From Pristiophorus japonicus (taxonomy: Eukaryota), in contig NW_027254382.1 in the NCBI RefSeq assembly GCF_044704955.1, positions 372,001-436,000 on the forward strand: 64,000 bases of DNA. Reading direction: 5' to 3'. The notes under the pieces were generated by a model, which saw nothing but the letters and a program-made list of their open reading frames with translations, did no database searches and had not been told where the DNA came from. Below, one piece after another: positions 60,110-64,000 of this stretch. Made by a program: the position numbers and the translations under genes. Positions within the stretch are counted from its first letter, which is position 1, and every line of letters starts with the position of its first letter.

Positions 60110-61970
60110 CTTTACGTGGTGAATCAGAGACTTGTCAAAGTTTGTATTGGGCCACTGGAAGGTGTTCAAGGGCAGGTTACAAAAGATTCACTAAGAATGG
60201 TGGAAATATTACATTTGAACTTTGCATCAGTCTTCACCCTTGAAAATGATGCTCGAATATTAGAATTTAATTCTACTAGTTTTGTTAGCAGCATTACCAA
60301 AGATTAAACCGTTCGGGTCAAAATAATTAAGAACTTGAAAAAAATAGAGCAGCCGCGCTGGATGATATCCGCCTGATGGTCCTCTGGGAGATAGGACATG
60401 AGCTGTGAGAGCTCTTGGCCTGTATTTTTAATAGCAAACTTATCTCTTGAATGGTTCCTTCAGATTGGAAGGAGACTAATGCAGACCCCATTTTTGAAAT
60501 AGGTGACAAGACAGACTCGGGCAACTATAGGCCCATCAGTTTAACATCAGTAATAGGTAAGATGCTTGAAGCAACCATAAGGGATTTAAGAATATTTGGA
60601 TAGGGAGGGACATTTTAGGCATACCAATATGACTTCATAAAAAAGAGGTAATATCTCACAAATCTAATTGTATTTTTTGAAACAGTTACGACGTCTGTGG
60701 ATCAGGGAAGCCCAGTAGACATTGTCTACTCAGATTTCCCAAAATATTTAGAAAAAGTACCGCACAACAGGCTTTTGTATAAGATCGGAGCCTCTGGTAT
60801 AGGTTGAAATATATTGAGTTGGATTCAGAACTGGCTGACAGGACACAGGCAAAAAGTAATAATTGATGGATTTGAATCTGATTGTAGACTAGTCACCCGT
60901 GGTGTCCCGCAGGTGTCAGTGTTGGGACTATTGTGTTATACTATTTTTATTAATGATCTAGATTTTGGGATTGCGTGCAAAACTTTTAAATTTGCAGATG
61001 ATACCAAGATCTGAGTGAGATTTTGAATTATAGCAGATGCTCGACTGCTTCAGGCAGATCTTAATGTGCTGGTCGATTATGCTCAAGACTGGAAAACTAT
61101 GTACAACTTATGCATGTGGGTAGGGCAAATGTTTACATTCTTACACACTCCAGGGAAAGGTATTAAAGTTGGCGCAGATAGAAATAGAATTGCGTATTCT
61201 AGTGCATACATCCTTAAAGGTACATGAGCAATGCCGTGCAGTGATAGTTACAGCAAATAAGACATCGGGGTGTATCCAAAGGACATTTGATTATAATAGG
61301 ACGTATACTGTTTTGTCCTTGAACAAGACCTTAGTCAGACTGAGCTTTGAATACTGTGTCCAGTTTTGTCCTCCTCACATGATAGGTGATATTGACGCTC
61401 TTGAAAAGTATAAAGCATTTTAATTACCAAGATAGTTTGAAAGAGATGGTACTCAATTCCTTAGATCAGCGTAGACTTAGGGGGGATCTGATTGAGGTTT
61501 ATATAATAATGAAGAAAATAGAATGTTTTCCAACCAATAGTTTATTTCAATTAAATAGGTTAGGTAGGACCAGGTATCACACATTTAAGTTGTATAGGAC
61601 GAGATCTAGGTCAGATGTCAGGAGGTGGATCTTTTCCCAGAAGATAGTAGACCACTGTACAATCTGTCGTTTCATGTAATGAATGCAGACTCACTGAATT
61701 CCTCAAGTGAAAGCTGGATTTGTTTCTGGCTGCAGTAGAGATCACATGTTACAGAAGGTAGGTACTGCAGGGAATTCAAGGCCATAGTGATCACCTGGAC
61801 TAGTTTCGATCACATAGATGGATCAGAGAAGAATTTGCCAAATTTCTTCCCCCAAATTGGCCTGGGTTTTTAATCAGACTTTTGCGACTTCCAGGAGATC
61901 ACATGGTTTCGGGCGGCGTGGGACAGGCTCAATGGACCAGATGGTCTTAACCTGTCCATCATTATATGTA
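60110..61970 (+). mobile_element. Decayed CR1 of a distinct subfamily (RT through 3' UTR)
   Basis: GVPQ.SVLG..FINDLD..KFADDTK (60814..61014) and RRLRGDLIEVY; many stops. Confidence 0.88.
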
Positions 61971-62086
61971 TGCTCGTATCTTTGTTTGTAGAGTGTCCGT
62001 TCTCTTGCAGTAAATCTGTCAGATGGCAGTCGGCGGTGCTAAATTTACACAGAGCATCGTTTGTCTTGCGGCAAATCAGTCAGAGG

Positions 62087-62162
62087 GCAGCAGGGGGCGC
62101 AACAATTATTAAAGATGATGACATTCCATGCGTTAAAAAATTAAGAAAGCAGTAGGGGGCGC
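62087..62162 (+). promoter_or_regulatory. Two tandem CTCF-like core motifs
   Basis: GCAGCAGGGGGCGC (62087-62100) and GCAGTAGGGGGCGC (62149-62162). Confidence 0.5.
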
Positions 62163-62334
62163 TACAATTATAAACGAATAAAGATATTGAAAAAGAGATN
62201 NNNNNNNNNNNNNNNNNNNNNNNNNNNNNNNNNNNNNNNNNNNNNNNNNNNNNNNNNNNNNNNNNNNNNNNNNNNNNNNNNNNNNNNNNNNNNNNNNNNN
62301 NNNNNNNNNNNNNNNNNNNNNNNNNNNNNNNAAT

Positions 62335-62580
62335 CTGCCAGATAGGCAGATAGAAAGATAGACAGACAGCCGAATAGATTGATAGTTACATAGATCGACT
62401 GATACATATATGGATAGATAGACAGACATACCGACAGACAGACTGATAGACAGACTGACAGAAAGACTAACAGACATATAGTTAGACAGATAGACAGAGA
62501 GGGCTAGAAGAATCTATAGATATATAGACAGACTGAAAGATAGATATTTATAGGTTACACAGATAGCTCGGTAGATAGGT
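62335..62580. repeat. Degenerate (GATA/GACA)n microsatellite
   Basis: Visible; adjacent to an assembly gap. Confidence 0.85.
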
Positions 62581-63498
62581 AAATATCATGTTCAAAACAA
62601 AATATTAATTAAAGGAATGTCCTTGAAGAGAAAATGAGCGCTGTTTGCAGTTCGAGTTGTGTGTGTGGAAAAGTTACACTTTCAAAATCAAGTTATGGAA
62701 ATCTCATTTTGTACTGACACTTGATAAATGTACATTTGACACACTGTAATTAATGAATGTAAACAACTTCCCCATCCAGTCTGAATCAGACCGACCTTCA
62801 TCTCCTTTGCTTGTTGCTGGATGTGACGCTATGTCTCAGGATCAAGTGGCCACTATCTCAACAGTCCTTAAAACCGTGGAAGTACATTACGAGTCACATC
62901 AGAAATCATATTCAATTGGAAATCAGTGAGGCACAATGCAGGGATACATAATAACATAAAATATAGGAGCAGGAAGAGGCCATTTGGCCCCGTGAGCCTG
63001 CTCCGCCCTTCAGTAAGGTAATGGCTGATCTTGTACCTCAACTGCACTTTCCAGTACTATCAAGAATCCCATGATTCAGTTATTATTCGACAATCTATCG
63101 ATATCTGCCTTGAATATACTGAACGAGTATGCCTCCACTGCCCTCTTGAGCAGAGAATTCCAAAGAATCACCCCCCTCTGTGAAGACATTTCTCTTCATC
63201 TAAGACCTGATTTATCCTGAGATAGTGAAAGCCTCGTTCTAGACTCTCCTGCCAGATCTTTCCTGCGTCTACCCTGTAAAGCTCTGGAAGAATTGTATAT
63301 GACATTTTATTCTTCGTAACTCTGGAGGATATAGGACTAGTCTACTCAATCNNNNNNNNNNNNNNNNNNNNNNNNNNNNNNNNNNNNNNNNNNNNNNNNN
63401 NNNNNNNNNNNNNNNNNNNNNNNNNNNNNNNNNNNNNNNNNNNNNNNNNNNNNNNNNNNNNNNNNNNNNNNNNNNNNNNNNNNNNNNNNNNNNNNNNA

Positions 63499-64000
63499 GC
63501 AGGGACTAAGAGGCACCCGTCATTGTGCAGATATTACCATGAGGGTTACAGACTGAGACACCAGTCGATGTACTGATATGTCCCTGAGGAAGGAAGCCAT
63601 ATGGATACCAATCAATGCCTGGATCTCTCCCTGATGGAGCGGGAGTGAGAAAAATCAGTCAATGTACAGATATCTCCCTGTGGAGTGGAACTGAGGGACA
63701 TCGGTCAATATTCTGATATCTCCATGAAGGAGAGGGACAGAGATAAACCGTCCATTGTACAGATAGCTCCTCAGGACATGAGACAGAGACACCCGTCAGT
63801 GTCCAGATATCTCTTGAGTATGCAGTTATAGCCATGAGGGATAGGAGAATGAGGACAACAGTCGATATATTGATACCTCCATGCTGGAAAGGGACGGAGA
63901 GACACTAGCCAGTGTAGAGCTATAGAGCTATCTCCCTCAGCGAGAGGAGACTGAGACGCCAGGCACTGCACAGATAACTCTTGTTCGAGCAGGGACTGAG
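63499..64000. repeat. Degenerate ~46-bp tandem repeat
   Basis: Recurrent cagatatctccctgaggag..gggactgag.gacac motif. Confidence 0.75.

Overview
This is eukaryotic, repeat-rich genomic DNA that is almost certainly from a cartilaginous fish (shark-like), with three assembly gaps. The core of the window (~34.3-49.1 kb, + strand) is a complete single-cluster IgM heavy-chain locus of the chondrichthyan type: leader, VH with a 23-RSS, a D/J block, Cmu1-Cmu4 with secretory tail, TM1 and TM2. The locus is a pseudogene, with a frameshift and a stop in VH, a wrecked Cmu1 and a stop in Cmu3. Its most unusual feature is that the D and J segments are already fused in the genomic sequence: one 12-RSS is followed directly by an open YYGRGYNYFDYWGQGTMVTVTA frame, while V is unjoined and keeps its 23-RSS. 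The cluster would therefore rearrange in a single V-to-DJ step. Downstream, on the - strand, lies a two-exon GPR139-like GPCR pseudogene. The rest is a near-full-length CR1 LINE with both ORFs open (nested inside an older CR1 inside a 67-bp satellite), many CR1 and RTE fragments, Deu-type tRNA-derived SINEs, Penelope-like remnants with a hammerhead-ribozyme core, several minisatellites and an old segmental duplication. Coordinates of the Ig and GPCR exons were read from splice signals; repeat boundaries are approximate. Family names rest on motif recognition, not on database searches.
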